Shown here one piece after another: positions 20,416 to 29,296 of a stretch of DNA of 58,074 bases (its first letter is position 1; every line of letters starts with the position of its first letter). The DNA comes from a virus (taxonomy: Duplodnaviria; Caudoviricetes), in the IMG/VR virus record IMGVR_UViG_3300027734_000080, positions 1-58,074 of that record, one strand, 5' to 3'. The notes beneath the pieces are model-generated. The model searched no databases and was not told where the DNA came from. It saw only the letters and a program-made list of their open reading frames with translations. A program made the position numbers and the translations under genes.

Positions 20416-20681
20416 CGGCTGCTCCTTTTGTTCTTAGAGGATTTAGAAGGCTTCTTGATTTCTTCAATGAAGTCAAACTCCAGCTCTTCCTCTTCTGTCT
20501 TGCCCCAGTTCTCTATAAAGAGGTCTACGTCCTTTTGGAAGGTTTCGTATTCTTCTTTTTGAGCCAATCCTTGGGCAACAATATCTTCCATCAGATCGCT
20601 GCACTCCCTGTAGGGAAGCTCTTGCAGAGCAAAGATGATTTTTTTAAAGTCTTCCGCAGACACTTCAAGTTTGAATTTCAT
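20412..20681 (-). CDS. Hypothetical protein
   Basis: ALQELPY motif, coupled ORF. Confidence 0.65.
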   Translation of the reverse strand: MKFKLEVSAEDFKKIIFALQELPYRECSDLMEDIVAQGLAQKEEYETFQKDVDLFIENWGKTEEEELEFDFIEEIKKPSKSSKNKRSSR

Positions 20682-21313
20682 AATATTTCCTTTCCAAGTT
20701 GATTTTTAGCGCGAATTTTTTCCCAATATGCTTTTTTTGCCACACTTATTTTTTCCCTATTTTCTGGACGGCGCATTGGATTTTCATCCCCATACATAAC
20801 AGGAAGGCGACTTCCCGTATTAAGGGCAATATGAGCCAAACGCATCTTTTCTTTTGCTTCATCAGAATGTTTCCACTTTGATGGATCTCCAGAACGAGGT
20901 CGTCCTTTTCTTATTGCGCTCATTTTTGCTTTAGTTTCTTCAGATGCTTTTCTTCCAGTTCTAGCTTTATCAAGTGCTTCAACAACATTTTTGGGCCTAG
21001 GTTTTCCTTTTAAATAATTTGTCCACTCTCTTTTTGCAATTTCATAAAGCCTACTGTTGTAGACTCTTATTTGATTTTTGTTTGACTGTTTCATCATTTT
21101 TGCTGCTTGCCACATGCCGCCGCCATAGATGTGGGCAAGAAGCATGTGGGCAACAAAATGTTCTCTTCCAGTTAGCCAAATCAAATTACTAGATTGATTT
21201 GTTCCTCCTTTTGACTTTGGAACAATGTGATGTTTTTCATAATAGACATTATTTTCACGAGGCCTCAATAATGCCTTCTGAATTAACAACTGATATTGAT
21301 GTTGGTGGTTCAT
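20678..21313 (-). CDS. HNH homing endonuclease with NUMOD3 motifs
   Basis: EKHHIVPKSKGGTN..NLIWLT.REHFVAH; SEETKAKMS and HSDEAKEKM. Confidence 0.9.
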   Translation of the reverse strand: MNHQHQYQLLIQKALLRPRENNVYYEKHHIVPKSKGGTNQSSNLIWLTGREHFVAHMLLAHIYGGGMWQAAKMMKQSNKNQIRVYNSRLYEIAKREWTNYLKGKPRPKNVVEALDKARTGRKASEETKAKMSAIRKGRPRSGDPSKWKHSDEAKEKMRLAHIALNTGSRLPVMYGDENPMRRPENREKISVAKKAYWEKIRAKNQLGKEIL

Positions 21314-22079
21314 AATTATTTTTCAATTTCCAAAAATTTAGTAAAGAAAAAAACATGAGCCAATGTTTCTGAAGATCTTCCTCAGACCATTTTTTAATTA
21401 CAACAAGACCAGGTTCTTTTACAGAAATAAAAACATTGGCGCATACCGCATTTGGCATGCCCAATCCTACACGATAAGCAGCTAATTGCATAGCGTTATC
21501 TGGATAGGCTTGCACTTCTTCGGGGTCTGTAAACTCTTTGGTCTTAAGGTCAATCACCACGTTTTCTGCGTGTAGATCTACCTTGCCCCCAAAGCCATAC
21601 TTGCTGGCAAAAGACTTCTCAGACTTAAAGTCTAAGCGGCCAAAGGTCTCTTCTATGCTCTGCGCTACGCCCACTTGGTACTCAGCCATGTTGGCCAGCA
21701 TGATGCCCTCATAGAAGGTCTCAATAGCCGCATGGATCTCGCTACCACGCTCCGCGGCCTGTTTGGCGTGTTCTTTAGAATCTTTGACAATCCTCTGAAC
21801 AAAGCTTTCTTCAGGCTCGCCATCAATCTTGGGCAAGGTCAAAGCCGCCAGCAACATCTGATTGAGCTTCCAAGCCTCTAGGCCTGGGCTAGCCGCACAT
21901 TTGATGATGGTGGTCACCGAGGGTAGCAAGTTGAGCTTGCGAGCGTCACGCAGCGTTGTAGAGCGTTGCTCGCCACTCTTTGCCGTCACATAGTAAGCTG
22001 GGGTGCCATCTATCTTATACCAATGCCCAGATTCCTCTGCTCTAGTGATGATCATGCCGCCTCCTGGGTTTTCCTTCAA
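21255..22079 (-). CDS. PD-(D/E)XK exonuclease
   Basis: PSVTTI, RGSEIH, GGKVDL...IDLKT, QLAAY. Confidence 0.85.
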   Translation of the reverse strand: MKENPGGGMIITRAEESGHWYKIDGTPAYYVTAKSGEQRSTTLRDARKLNLLPSVTTIIKCAASPGLEAWKLNQMLLAALTLPKIDGEPEESFVQRIVKDSKEHAKQAAERGSEIHAAIETFYEGIMLANMAEYQVGVAQSIEETFGRLDFKSEKSFASKYGFGGKVDLHAENVVIDLKTKEFTDPEEVQAYPDNAMQLAAYRVGLGMPNAVCANVFISVKEPGLVVIKKWSEEDLQKHWLMFFSLLNFWKLKNNYEPPTSISVVNSEGIIEAS

Positions 22080-22090
22080 AGAATAAACAT

Positions 22091-22564
22091 TTACTTGTAA
22101 ATTGGAGTATTGCTTCTATGCCATTCGTCGTGACATTTTTTGCATAACCAACGTACATCCAATGGTTTTGTGTAATCATCATGATGACCTTCAACTTTTT
22201 TATCTGAATTGCAAATTGAGCAATTGCTTGCTTTAGAAATCAATCCATCACATTTTGCTTTGTTAAAAATAAGATGAGCAGCATATTTCATTGGGTATCT
22301 TTCACGATACGCAATTTGTGATTTTCTTCTTACTATTTTTCCGGCTTCAGTTTTTTGATACCGAATAACAGCTTCAATGCGATGGGGTTGTTTTCCTCGT
22401 TTTCTGTCGTACTCTCTAATTTTTTCTAAATTAACCTCTCTATGTTTTTTTATGCGGCTTTTAACACAAGGAATACAATGGTTAAGATGCCCATCTGACA
22501 TAGAGTGATTTTTATAAAAATCTAAAAGAGGCTTTTCAATGCTACAACTTTTACACACCTTCAT
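22091..22564 (-). CDS. HNH endonuclease with N-terminal Zn ribbon
   Basis: CKSC...CIPC; CSIC...EGHHDDYTKPLDVRWLCKKCH. Confidence 0.85.
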   Translation of the reverse strand: MKVCKSCSIEKPLLDFYKNHSMSDGHLNHCIPCVKSRIKKHREVNLEKIREYDRKRGKQPHRIEAVIRYQKTEAGKIVRRKSQIAYRERYPMKYAAHLIFNKAKCDGLISKASNCSICNSDKKVEGHHDDYTKPLDVRWLCKKCHDEWHRSNTPIYK

Positions 22565-22602
22565 GCTTTCTCCTTAAAAAGGTATGTATCCATTATACCA
22601 TT

Positions 22603-23250
22603 TTAAAAAGGTAGATCCGACAAATCTTCGTCGTCAAGATCGTTAGGCATATCATCAAACCCGCTGCCTGACTTTTTGTTTTGTGCTTTCCACTCTGGAG
22701 ACTCGCTGATTTGTTTCTTCAAGAAGTCTGAGAATGTGTCAAACATTGCCATGTCAGGATCGCTGATTTGGAACATTTGGGCTGCGTTATGGCCATCAGG
22801 AAGTCCCGCAGACTTAACCGCATTTGGAACAGGGGTAATGGCCACAATGTTGGCATATACGCCATCACCTGTTTTTTTGGCTTTGTGGGCAACATTCAAC
22901 ATGCACCACTTGTCCAGCACGGTTTTAAGGTCAAATCGGCGCTGTTCTTCTACAGTAAAGGGTTTGCCCCTCCAAGACTGCAAATCAATGCGTAGGGTGG
23001 CTTTATCAGCCCAAGACATGGTGTAGTCCTTGGTGATGACTAAAGGCTCACCAGAGGCTGTGCAAAGGGGGTTTCCGTTGTCGTCCTCGCCAAAGACTTC
23101 CCAGCAAACTTTAAGCTTACGGAGAAACTTGACGTTTCCCTCAAATTCGCTTTTTTGCGTACCGAGATCAATGATGCGGTAGCAGCGTGCTAAGTGAAGT
23201 CCAGAAGGAACTGGGGCAAAAGAAGATTTAGGTTTGTTTTCAATGATCAT
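22603..23250 (-). CDS. Putative ssDNA-binding/recombination protein
   Basis: ARCYRIIDLGTQ, LQSWRG, acidic SSB-like tail DDEDLSDLPF, adjacent to the exonuclease. Confidence 0.65.
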   Translation of the reverse strand: MIIENKPKSSFAPVPSGLHLARCYRIIDLGTQKSEFEGNVKFLRKLKVCWEVFGEDDNGNPLCTASGEPLVITKDYTMSWADKATLRIDLQSWRGKPFTVEEQRRFDLKTVLDKWCMLNVAHKAKKTGDGVYANIVAITPVPNAVKSAGLPDGHNAAQMFQISDPDMAMFDTFSDFLKKQISESPEWKAQNKKSGSGFDDMPNDLDDEDLSDLPF

Positions 23251-23404
23251 ATGTAGTCCTGTGTAAAGCTGTTAAGAAATCCTGTGGATCGGTTGTAAAT
23301 GGGTCGGGTAATTGGCTCCTTTTCATTTCATCTTCAAGTAAAAACTTGCGGTACTCGTGCTGGGCTATGGGGTCTTCCAGCCATTCATAGTATTCTTGGT
23401 TCAT
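23240..23404 (-). CDS. Hypothetical protein (54 aa)
   Basis: Not in the track; MNQEYYEWLEDPIAQ..., coupled overlaps. Confidence 0.55.
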   Translation of the reverse strand: MNQEYYEWLEDPIAQHEYRKFLLEDEMKRSQLPDPFTTDPQDFLTALHRTTYDH

Positions 23405-23541
23405 ACAATCCCCTGCGCGTCTTCGTAAAGGCGTATGAAGTGAATCAAGCCCTCAATCTCGTCGTCAGAAAACTTTTCGCCATGAGCCAGCTCTTGGGCA
23501 AGTTCGGCAATCTTTTCGTCAGTCATTGGTTTGATGTCCAT
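23401..23541 (-). CDS. Hypothetical protein (46 aa)
   Basis: Not in the track; MDIKPMTDEKIAEL..., ATGA overlap. Confidence 0.55.
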   Translation of the reverse strand: MDIKPMTDEKIAELAQELAHGEKFSDDEIEGLIHFIRLYEDAQGIV

Positions 23542-23775
23542 TTAAATTCCTAACCATTTAATGAGTTGGATAAGCAAGAACGCACCAAAACAGATGCCAA
23601 CCATCTGTAAGACGACTTGCGTGAGGGGTTTCATGGGTCTTCTAACACCTAACATGGCCATCTGAACAGTTTCCTCTTCAGGCGTTATGCGGTGCTGCGG
23701 GGGGGTGTAACGGCATCCAATCTGAATGCCCTTGGGGGTTGTGTAAGGGATTACCTTACGCACGTCTTTTTCCAT
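23542..23775 (-). CDS. Hypothetical protein with C-terminal TM segment
   Basis: AGGAG RBS before MEKD; PYTTPKGIQIGCRY. Confidence 0.6.
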   Translation of the reverse strand: MEKDVRKVIPYTTPKGIQIGCRYTPPQHRITPEEETVQMAMLGVRRPMKPLTQVVLQMVGICFGAFLLIQLIKWLGI

Positions 23776-23811
23776 CACGTCACTCCTAAAAACCGCCGTA
23801 TCGGCGTGCAT

Positions 23812-23892
23812 GCATTACACCACAATTTAATCAACGGTTAAAATACTTGAGTAAAACTTGGGGTTGTTTTAACTAAAAGTTTGTGTCATACT
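23812..23892. promoter_or_regulatory. Divergent promoter/operator region
   Basis: Rightward TTGTTT(23864)-17-CATACT(23887); operator-like TTAAT-N5-GTTAA (23827-23841) and TTAAC-N5-GTTTG (23869-23883). Confidence 0.55.
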
Positions 23893-23913
23893 GCCGATCT
23901 GAAAGGGACAACT

Positions 23914-24114
23914 ATGACACTGACAGACTACTTTAAAGAAGAGCCACGAGGCGCAAAGAGTGAGATGGCAACCTACTTGGGCATATCCCTGACATGGTTC
24001 AGCCTATTGATCAACGGCAAGCGTAAGGCGTCCCCTAAGCTGGCTTTGGCAATAGAAGAGGCTACCCAAGGGCTGGTCAAGAAGGCTGACTTGCGGCCTG
24101 ATCTTTTTTCGTGA
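23914..24114 (+). CDS. Cro/YdaS-like HTH regulator
   Basis: MATYLGISLTWFSLLINGKR...IEEATQGLV...LRPDLF. Confidence 0.85.
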   Translation: MTLTDYFKEEPRGAKSEMATYLGISLTWFSLLINGKRKASPKLALAIEEATQGLVKKADLRPDLFS

Positions 24115-24128
24115 TAATATGACCCACA

Positions 24129-24235
24129 TGACGCTTGGCGGCGTTTTGCAGTAGGGTTACACATGCTGTCTGCTGGTACTGCACCAGTCCGCCAACATCC
24201 GAAAGGGTGAGACAGCAGGTGTAGCCCTTTTTTTT
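24129..24235 (+). ncRNA. C4/CI-like antisense RNA with upstream target sites, copy 1
   Basis: Long stem 24153-24171/24210-24228 closing two hairpins; loop TACTGCA and linker CCGCCAA are exact complements of upstream TGCAGTA and TTGGCGG; ends in a T run. Confidence 0.7.
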
Positions 24236-24244
24236 GGGGTTTTT

Positions 24245-24910
24245 ATGCATTACTACAAAAGGAACCTTGGCGACTATGCCAAGAAAGCAGGTCGACTGAC
24301 CATGCTCCAGCACGGAGCGTACACGCTTCTTATCGACTCGTGCTATGACCGTGAAGTTTTCCCCACGCTAGAGCAAGCAATTGAATGGACTTGGGCCTCA
24401 ACAGAGGCTGAGGTTGAGGCTGTTAAGTTTGTCCTTAGCAGGTTCTTTGTGCTCGATAAAGAGGGCAGATATGTTCAAGACAGGATACTTGAAGAGCTGC
24501 TCCAGTACCACGCCAAGGCCGACACTAACAAACGAATCGCCAACGAACGTGAAGCGAAGCGTAAAGAAAAGGGAACGAAGCGTACACGAGTCGTGAACGA
24601 ACCGCCACCTAACCAAGAACCAAGAACCATAAACCAAGAACCATCTTCCGCAAAGAAGCCAGCCAAGAAGTGTCCCAAAGACTTTGAGGTTACTGACGAC
24701 ATGAAGACTTGGGTGAAGACTGAATGCCCATTGGTTGATCATGCCGAGCAAACAAAGGTGTTCCGAGATTATGAATTTACCGCGGCTAAGAGTGACTGGG
24801 TTGGTACGTGGCGCAATTGGATGCGTAAAGCCAACCAATTTGCTGCTGAAAAGCAGACTACTGACCGCTACCCCAAAACCTCTTCTGGCATTATTGCGGG
24901 GGCCATATGA
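24245..24910 (+). CDS. Replication protein, DUF1376/YdaU-like
   Basis: MHYYKRNLGDY...HGAYTLLID, NQEP repeat linker, DW..TWRNW C-terminus. Confidence 0.85.
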   Translation: MHYYKRNLGDYAKKAGRLTMLQHGAYTLLIDSCYDREVFPTLEQAIEWTWASTEAEVEAVKFVLSRFFVLDKEGRYVQDRILEELLQYHAKADTNKRIANEREAKRKEKGTKRTRVVNEPPPNQEPRTINQEPSSAKKPAKKCPKDFEVTDDMKTWVKTECPLVDHAEQTKVFRDYEFTAAKSDWVGTWRNWMRKANQFAAEKQTTDRYPKTSSGIIAGAI

Positions 24911-25221
24911 GAGGTCACGACAAAATCATAGCCCTACGCAAGCAGCGCATGATCCCTGAGATTGTATTCCTAAATGACTTTCCGTGCGAGTTACCCAAAG
25001 AATGGTTTGACGTTTGTGTACATAATGACTCCATTACAAACCTTGACTTGAGGTTTTTGATTGGACTGAATGTCAGCATTACTGGAACGGATGAAAAACG
25101 AGTCAAGGCCTTGTACCAAAAGGCTGTGGATAACAAGCCCAAGTTAGTGGTTGCTTCTGTTGTAGACCCAACTAAACCTTCTTGGAAACAAACTGGATGG
25201 ATGGAGAGATATAGTGCCTGA
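24907..25221 (+). CDS. Hypothetical protein
   Basis: LDLRFLIGL motif; coupled between the replication protein and the helicase. Confidence 0.6.
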   Translation: MRGHDKIIALRKQRMIPEIVFLNDFPCELPKEWFDVCVHNDSITNLDLRFLIGLNVSITGTDEKRVKALYQKAVDNKPKLVVASVVDPTKPSWKQTGWMERYSA

Positions 25222-26194
25222 ATTTTTAGATGACAGCATTGACTTTGAAGCATACCTAGAAGATACAGAAGCTCAAACAAAGGTCAAGCCAGCAGCAGAT
25301 TTTGTGGGAGACGCTAAGGCTAGACTGCGACAGAAGCTATCCGAACCTAAAACCTTCCTGCCTTGGCCAAAGACCAATGAGAGCTTTGACTTCCGCCCGT
25401 CTGAGGTGACGGTTTGGGCTGGTCAGAATGGCCACGGCAAGACTGATGTGACTAGCCAGATTGCTCTATCCCTCTTAGGGCAAGGCGAACGTGTCTGCAT
25501 AGCATCGTTTGAGATGAAGCCCCTAGTGACCATTCAGAGGTTGATCCGGATGTTTTCGGGGACAAACCCCAATGCGCCTGAATATCAGACTGACGAGGGC
25601 ATTACTGCCCTAGAAGAGCTTTATGATGATTTTGGCCATTGGACTAAGCAGAAGATGTGGTTGTACGACCAAACAGGAACCGCACGACCCGAAACCGTAC
25701 TGGGTATGGTTAAATATTGTGCACAAGAGCTTAAAATAACTCATGTGTTTATTGACTCTCTTATGAAATGTGTCAAGAATGAAGATGACTACAACGGACA
25801 GAAAGCATTTGTTGACCAACTTTGTGCATTGGCTAAAGACTGCAATATCCACATCCACCTTGTGCATCATCTTAAAAAGCCCGCCAAAGAGACCGACATG
25901 CCCGACAAGCACGACACCAAGGGTAGTGGCTCCATCACCGACCAAGTGGACAACCTATTTATGGTTTGGCGGAATAAGGCTAAGGAAGATGATTACCGAG
26001 CCAAAGGCGTTATGAGCACCCGACAGACCGAGCCTGACTGCTACTTGTTGTGCAGAAAGCAAAGGAACTACGAGGGTGTAGCAGATGGCGAACCTATCGT
26101 AAGCCTATGGAGGCATAGAGATGCTGGGCAATTCATTGCTGAGTACGGCTCTGAGGCGCAGTTTTTTGTGAACTATCCACATCTTCCTTCTTAA
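25214..26194 (+). CDS. DnaB/SF4 replicative helicase
   Basis: Walker A GQNGHGKT, SFEM, VFIDSL, HLVHH, KGSGSITD, RKQR. Confidence 0.9.
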   Translation: MPEFLDDSIDFEAYLEDTEAQTKVKPAADFVGDAKARLRQKLSEPKTFLPWPKTNESFDFRPSEVTVWAGQNGHGKTDVTSQIALSLLGQGERVCIASFEMKPLVTIQRLIRMFSGTNPNAPEYQTDEGITALEELYDDFGHWTKQKMWLYDQTGTARPETVLGMVKYCAQELKITHVFIDSLMKCVKNEDDYNGQKAFVDQLCALAKDCNIHIHLVHHLKKPAKETDMPDKHDTKGSGSITDQVDNLFMVWRNKAKEDDYRAKGVMSTRQTEPDCYLLCRKQRNYEGVADGEPIVSLWRHRDAGQFIAEYGSEAQFFVNYPHLPS

Positions 26195-26200
26195 TTTTAT

Positions 26201-26428
26201 ATGAATGATTTGTTTGATAAATTTCCAGAATGGGTTGGTATGCCTGAATTTGTTCAAGAAAAGAAAGAGCCTTTTAAAGAACTAATTGTGCGCTTTGAGA
26301 CTGAGGCCGATTATTTGGAATTCCAGAGGCTGATTGGACAACAATTAACAGTCAAGACAAAAAGCATCTGGCACCCGTTCAAATCTCATTGGGGACTTGA
26401 AAAAAAAGTCTACAAAGATGCTGCCTAA
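26201..26428 (+). CDS. Small protein coupled to the glycosyltransferase
   Basis: EWVGMPEF...VRFETEADY..F..LIGQ.LT.KTKSIWHP. Confidence 0.65.
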   Translation: MNDLFDKFPEWVGMPEFVQEKKEPFKELIVRFETEADYLEFQRLIGQQLTVKTKSIWHPFKSHWGLEKKVYKDAA

Positions 26429-27305
26429 ATATCCAATTTATATAGTTTCTAAAGGCCGTCATAACAACGGTTTGACAACAAGGGCTTTGCATGAAATGGG
26501 GGTGCCTCATTACGTTGTGGTTGAAGAGCACGAATTAGAGCTTTATCAAAATGGTCGATGTTACGGTGAGCTTTTGGTTATGCCTCAAATTTATAAGGCG
26601 GAATATGAGCTTTGTGACGATCTTGGGTTTAGTAAGAGCACGGGGCCAGGCCCCGCTCGCAACTTCTGCATAGACCATAGTATCTGGAAAGGACATCGTC
26701 GCCATTGGGTAATGGATGACAATATTGATGCTTTCCACTACTTAAACAGGAATGAGAAATTTGAAGTACGTTCCGGTGCAACACTACGCGCTGCCGAGGA
26801 TTTCACGGAGCGGTATTCAAATGTTCCGGTATCTGGATTGAACTATTACAGTTTCTGCAAAAAGAACGATCCCGTTCCGCCATACATCCTTAATACGCGC
26901 ATTTATTCATGTCTTTTGATTGACAATACCTCTGGCTATAGATGGAGAGGTCGATACAATGAGGACACTGATTTATCGCTGCGCGTGTTGAAAGATGGAC
27001 TGTGCACAATCCAGTTCAATGCATTTTTGTGCGGCAAGATCACGACTCAGCGTATGCGGGGCGGCAATAGCGCGGATTTTTATGATGATGAGGGGACACT
27101 GCCCAAAAGCCAAATGTTGGCTGATTTACACCCAGATGTAGCAAAAGTTGTGTTTAAATTTAAGCGCTGGCATCATCATGTTGACTACTCACCATTCAAA
27201 AAAAATAAACTTATCAAAATAAAAAACACCAATAACATGCCAAAAGTTGACAACTATGGTCTTGTTTTGGTGTCAAAAGAAACAAAAATTGCTGAACTGA
27301 TTTAA
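26418..27305 (+). CDS. GT-A glycosyltransferase, TET-associated (TAGT/GREB1-like) type
   Basis: YPIYIVSKGR, GPARNF, HWVMDDNI, RYNEDTDLSLRVL, GGN motifs. Confidence 0.75.
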   Translation: MLPKYPIYIVSKGRHNNGLTTRALHEMGVPHYVVVEEHELELYQNGRCYGELLVMPQIYKAEYELCDDLGFSKSTGPGPARNFCIDHSIWKGHRRHWVMDDNIDAFHYLNRNEKFEVRSGATLRAAEDFTERYSNVPVSGLNYYSFCKKNDPVPPYILNTRIYSCLLIDNTSGYRWRGRYNEDTDLSLRVLKDGLCTIQFNAFLCGKITTQRMRGGNSADFYDDEGTLPKSQMLADLHPDVAKVVFKFKRWHHHVDYSPFKKNKLIKIKNTNNMPKVDNYGLVLVSKETKIAELI

Positions 27306-27313
27306 AAATTTTA

Positions 27314-27571
27314 ATGAAACCCCAGAAAAGAGAAAAAGCTGTACCCACAGAAAGACTCGCACCATCAAATGTCACAATCAGCCATGAAACTATTGAGCAC
27401 ATGAGAGACTGCGAAGCTAGAGAGTGGATACAGCGCTTCAAGAAAAAGAAAGATGAAAGAGGCTTTGGGGGTGCTAGAGAGTGGTGGGACGATATGTCCG
27501 AGAAGATTCGTAAAACCCGCGGGGAGAAGGAAATCCAAGACCTCCGCAACAGAATGAATAAATTCAGATGA
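27314..27571 (+). CDS. Hypothetical protein
   Basis: RDCEAREW motif. Confidence 0.6.
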   Translation: MKPQKREKAVPTERLAPSNVTISHETIEHMRDCEAREWIQRFKKKKDERGFGGAREWWDDMSEKIRKTRGEKEIQDLRNRMNKFR

Positions 27572-27996
27572 CAATGCAAGTATGCTTCACGGTAGAGGGC
27601 GAGCCAAAGGGAAAGGGCAGACCTAGATTTCGCCGTACCAAAAACTTTGTGCAGACCTACACCGACGCTAAAACAAAGTCCTATGAGCAGCAAATCAAAG
27701 ACGCTGCCACTAGAGCTATGGGAGAGTCAGAGCCTCTAGAAACGCCTCTGAGCGTGTTTCTTTACGTTCGGTTCTCTGTGCCCAAGTCTTACTCCAAACA
27801 ACGGACTAAGGACTGTCTATCGGGCAAAGAAAAGCCTACAAAGAAGCCTGACATAGACAACATCGCCAAAAGCCATCTTGACGCTATGAACGGAATTGTC
27901 TACAAAGATGATGTGCAGGTCATATTTATTTCTGTTAAAAAAATCTACTCTTCAATTACTGGGGTAGACATATTGGTTCGAGAGGAACTTGAATGA
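27568..27996 (+). CDS. rusA: RusA Holliday junction resolvase
   Basis: GEPKGKGRPRF, KPDIDNIAK..LDAMN...DDVQV. Confidence 0.92.
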   Translation: MTMQVCFTVEGEPKGKGRPRFRRTKNFVQTYTDAKTKSYEQQIKDAATRAMGESEPLETPLSVFLYVRFSVPKSYSKQRTKDCLSGKEKPTKKPDIDNIAKSHLDAMNGIVYKDDVQVIFISVKKIYSSITGVDILVREELE

Positions 27997-28370
27997 AGTC
28001 AAAGTACAACCGCGGGTCTACGATCCATCATGCGATGGTCAGGCTGGCTCGACACCCGCACGACCTTAATGAGCTGCGTAAAGCTATAAGCAACAGCTCA
28101 ACAGCTCGATTCCGAGAGTTTGTGGTGGAGCCGCTAATCTCTGATGGCATGGCTGAGATTAAAGACAACCTGTTCCAGCTCACGGATCTAGGTGAAGAGA
28201 GGCTTGAGTACCTTGGCCCCATCAAGATCCCCCTCAAGTCCGTCAGCACGGCTAGAGGAACAGGCACCTATGACGGAGCAGAGCTTAAAACCCAAGTGCA
28301 TCGAACAGGGGCTAATGACTACCTCAAGTGGCCCAGCCGAGTTGGTGACGATTACTTTTATAGAACATGA
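27993..28370 (+). CDS. Hypothetical protein (possible winged helix)
   Basis: FQLTDLG motif, coupled ORF. Confidence 0.55.
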   Translation: MKSKYNRGSTIHHAMVRLARHPHDLNELRKAISNSSTARFREFVVEPLISDGMAEIKDNLFQLTDLGEERLEYLGPIKIPLKSVSTARGTGTYDGAELKTQVHRTGANDYLKWPSRVGDDYFYRT

Positions 28371-28696
28371 ACATTCAAGACGCCGTTGACTACCTGATCA
28401 CCCACAGCAAGATTTACGCTCAAGCTAAAGCCGATCTTGTCTATATGGAAGAGATGCGTAAGACTGTCAAAGCAGAGCTTATGCAAGAAGCCGAGCACAA
28501 TGGCTTTACAAGCGCCGTATCCCAAGAGAGGGAGGCGTATGCCCACCCACGCTACAAAACGCACCTAGAGCACCTACAAGAGGCTACACGAGCATGTGAG
28601 CAAGAGAGGTGGATGCTGATTGCTGCACAAGCAAGAATAGAAGTGTGGCGCTCACTAGAAGCATCCAATCGAGCACAAGATAGGTCATTGATGTGA
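28367..28696 (+). CDS. Hypothetical coiled-coil protein
   Basis: QEREAYAHP.Y...IEVWRSLEA. Confidence 0.65.
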   Translation: MNIQDAVDYLITHSKIYAQAKADLVYMEEMRKTVKAELMQEAEHNGFTSAVSQEREAYAHPRYKTHLEHLQEATRACEQERWMLIAAQARIEVWRSLEASNRAQDRSLM

Positions 28697-28974
28697 CCAA
28701 GGCAGAGAAGCAGCACATGAATGCTGTGGCGGAGCTGGGGTGCTGTCTATGCCATCACATCCACGGGTCACATGAGCCTGGGCCTGTTGAGCTGCACCAC
28801 CTCAGAACTGGGGGCTGGGGCAAGGGAGGCTACCTAACCGTCATGCCCTTTTGCGTAGAGCATCATAGGGGTAACACAGGCATCCACGGCCTAGGGACTA
28901 AGGGATTTGAGAAGCATTATGGCGTCACCCAGCAGGAACTGTTGGACTGGACACTAGCTAGGGTAAACACTTAG
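28693..28974 (+). CDS. ref: Ref-like (recombination enhancement) HNH nuclease
   Basis: GCCLC...ELHH...PFCVEHHRG..GIH. Confidence 0.8.
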   Translation: MTKAEKQHMNAVAELGCCLCHHIHGSHEPGPVELHHLRTGGWGKGGYLTVMPFCVEHHRGNTGIHGLGTKGFEKHYGVTQQELLDWTLARVNT

Positions 28975-29076
28975 AAAAATATTTTGCAAATTTCTACAAA
29001 AGTCCTTGCATTGCTTTAACTTTCGGTTAAACTTCCCATCACTGCAATGTCGCAGGTAACGATACAAGGAAGCAAA
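28959..29076 (+). promoter_or_regulatory. Repeated early promoter/operator cassette, copy 1
   Basis: TTGCAT(29006)-16-TAAACT; operator 29016-29030; near identical to 30591-30706. Confidence 0.8.
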
Positions 29077-29295
29077 ATGGACTCAATGGAACACGGTTTT
29101 ATGGTGGCGGCAACCGCCCTACGCGCTATTAACTCACTAGATGCTACGCAAGTCACAGAAGAGGCTGCTGCTGCAATCATTGCGGCTCTGACAGCCAAGC
29201 TGATGCGTAGCCCTATGGCTCACCAAGACCACATTGTCGCCGCCGTGGAGTCTTTGGACTATGCCCACGAGTACCTGATCACTAAGGAGGTTTGA
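29077..29295 (+). CDS. Hypothetical early protein
   Basis: ATG after AAGGAAG inside the cassette. Confidence 0.6.
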   Translation: MDSMEHGFMVAATALRAINSLDATQVTEEAAAAIIAALTAKLMRSPMAHQDHIVAAVESLDYAHEYLITKEV

Positions 29296-29296
29296 G

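Noticed and set aside
24153-24228. tRNA gene
   Set aside because: Cloverleaf-like but lacks the T-loop GTTC, a D-loop and a CCA acceptor end
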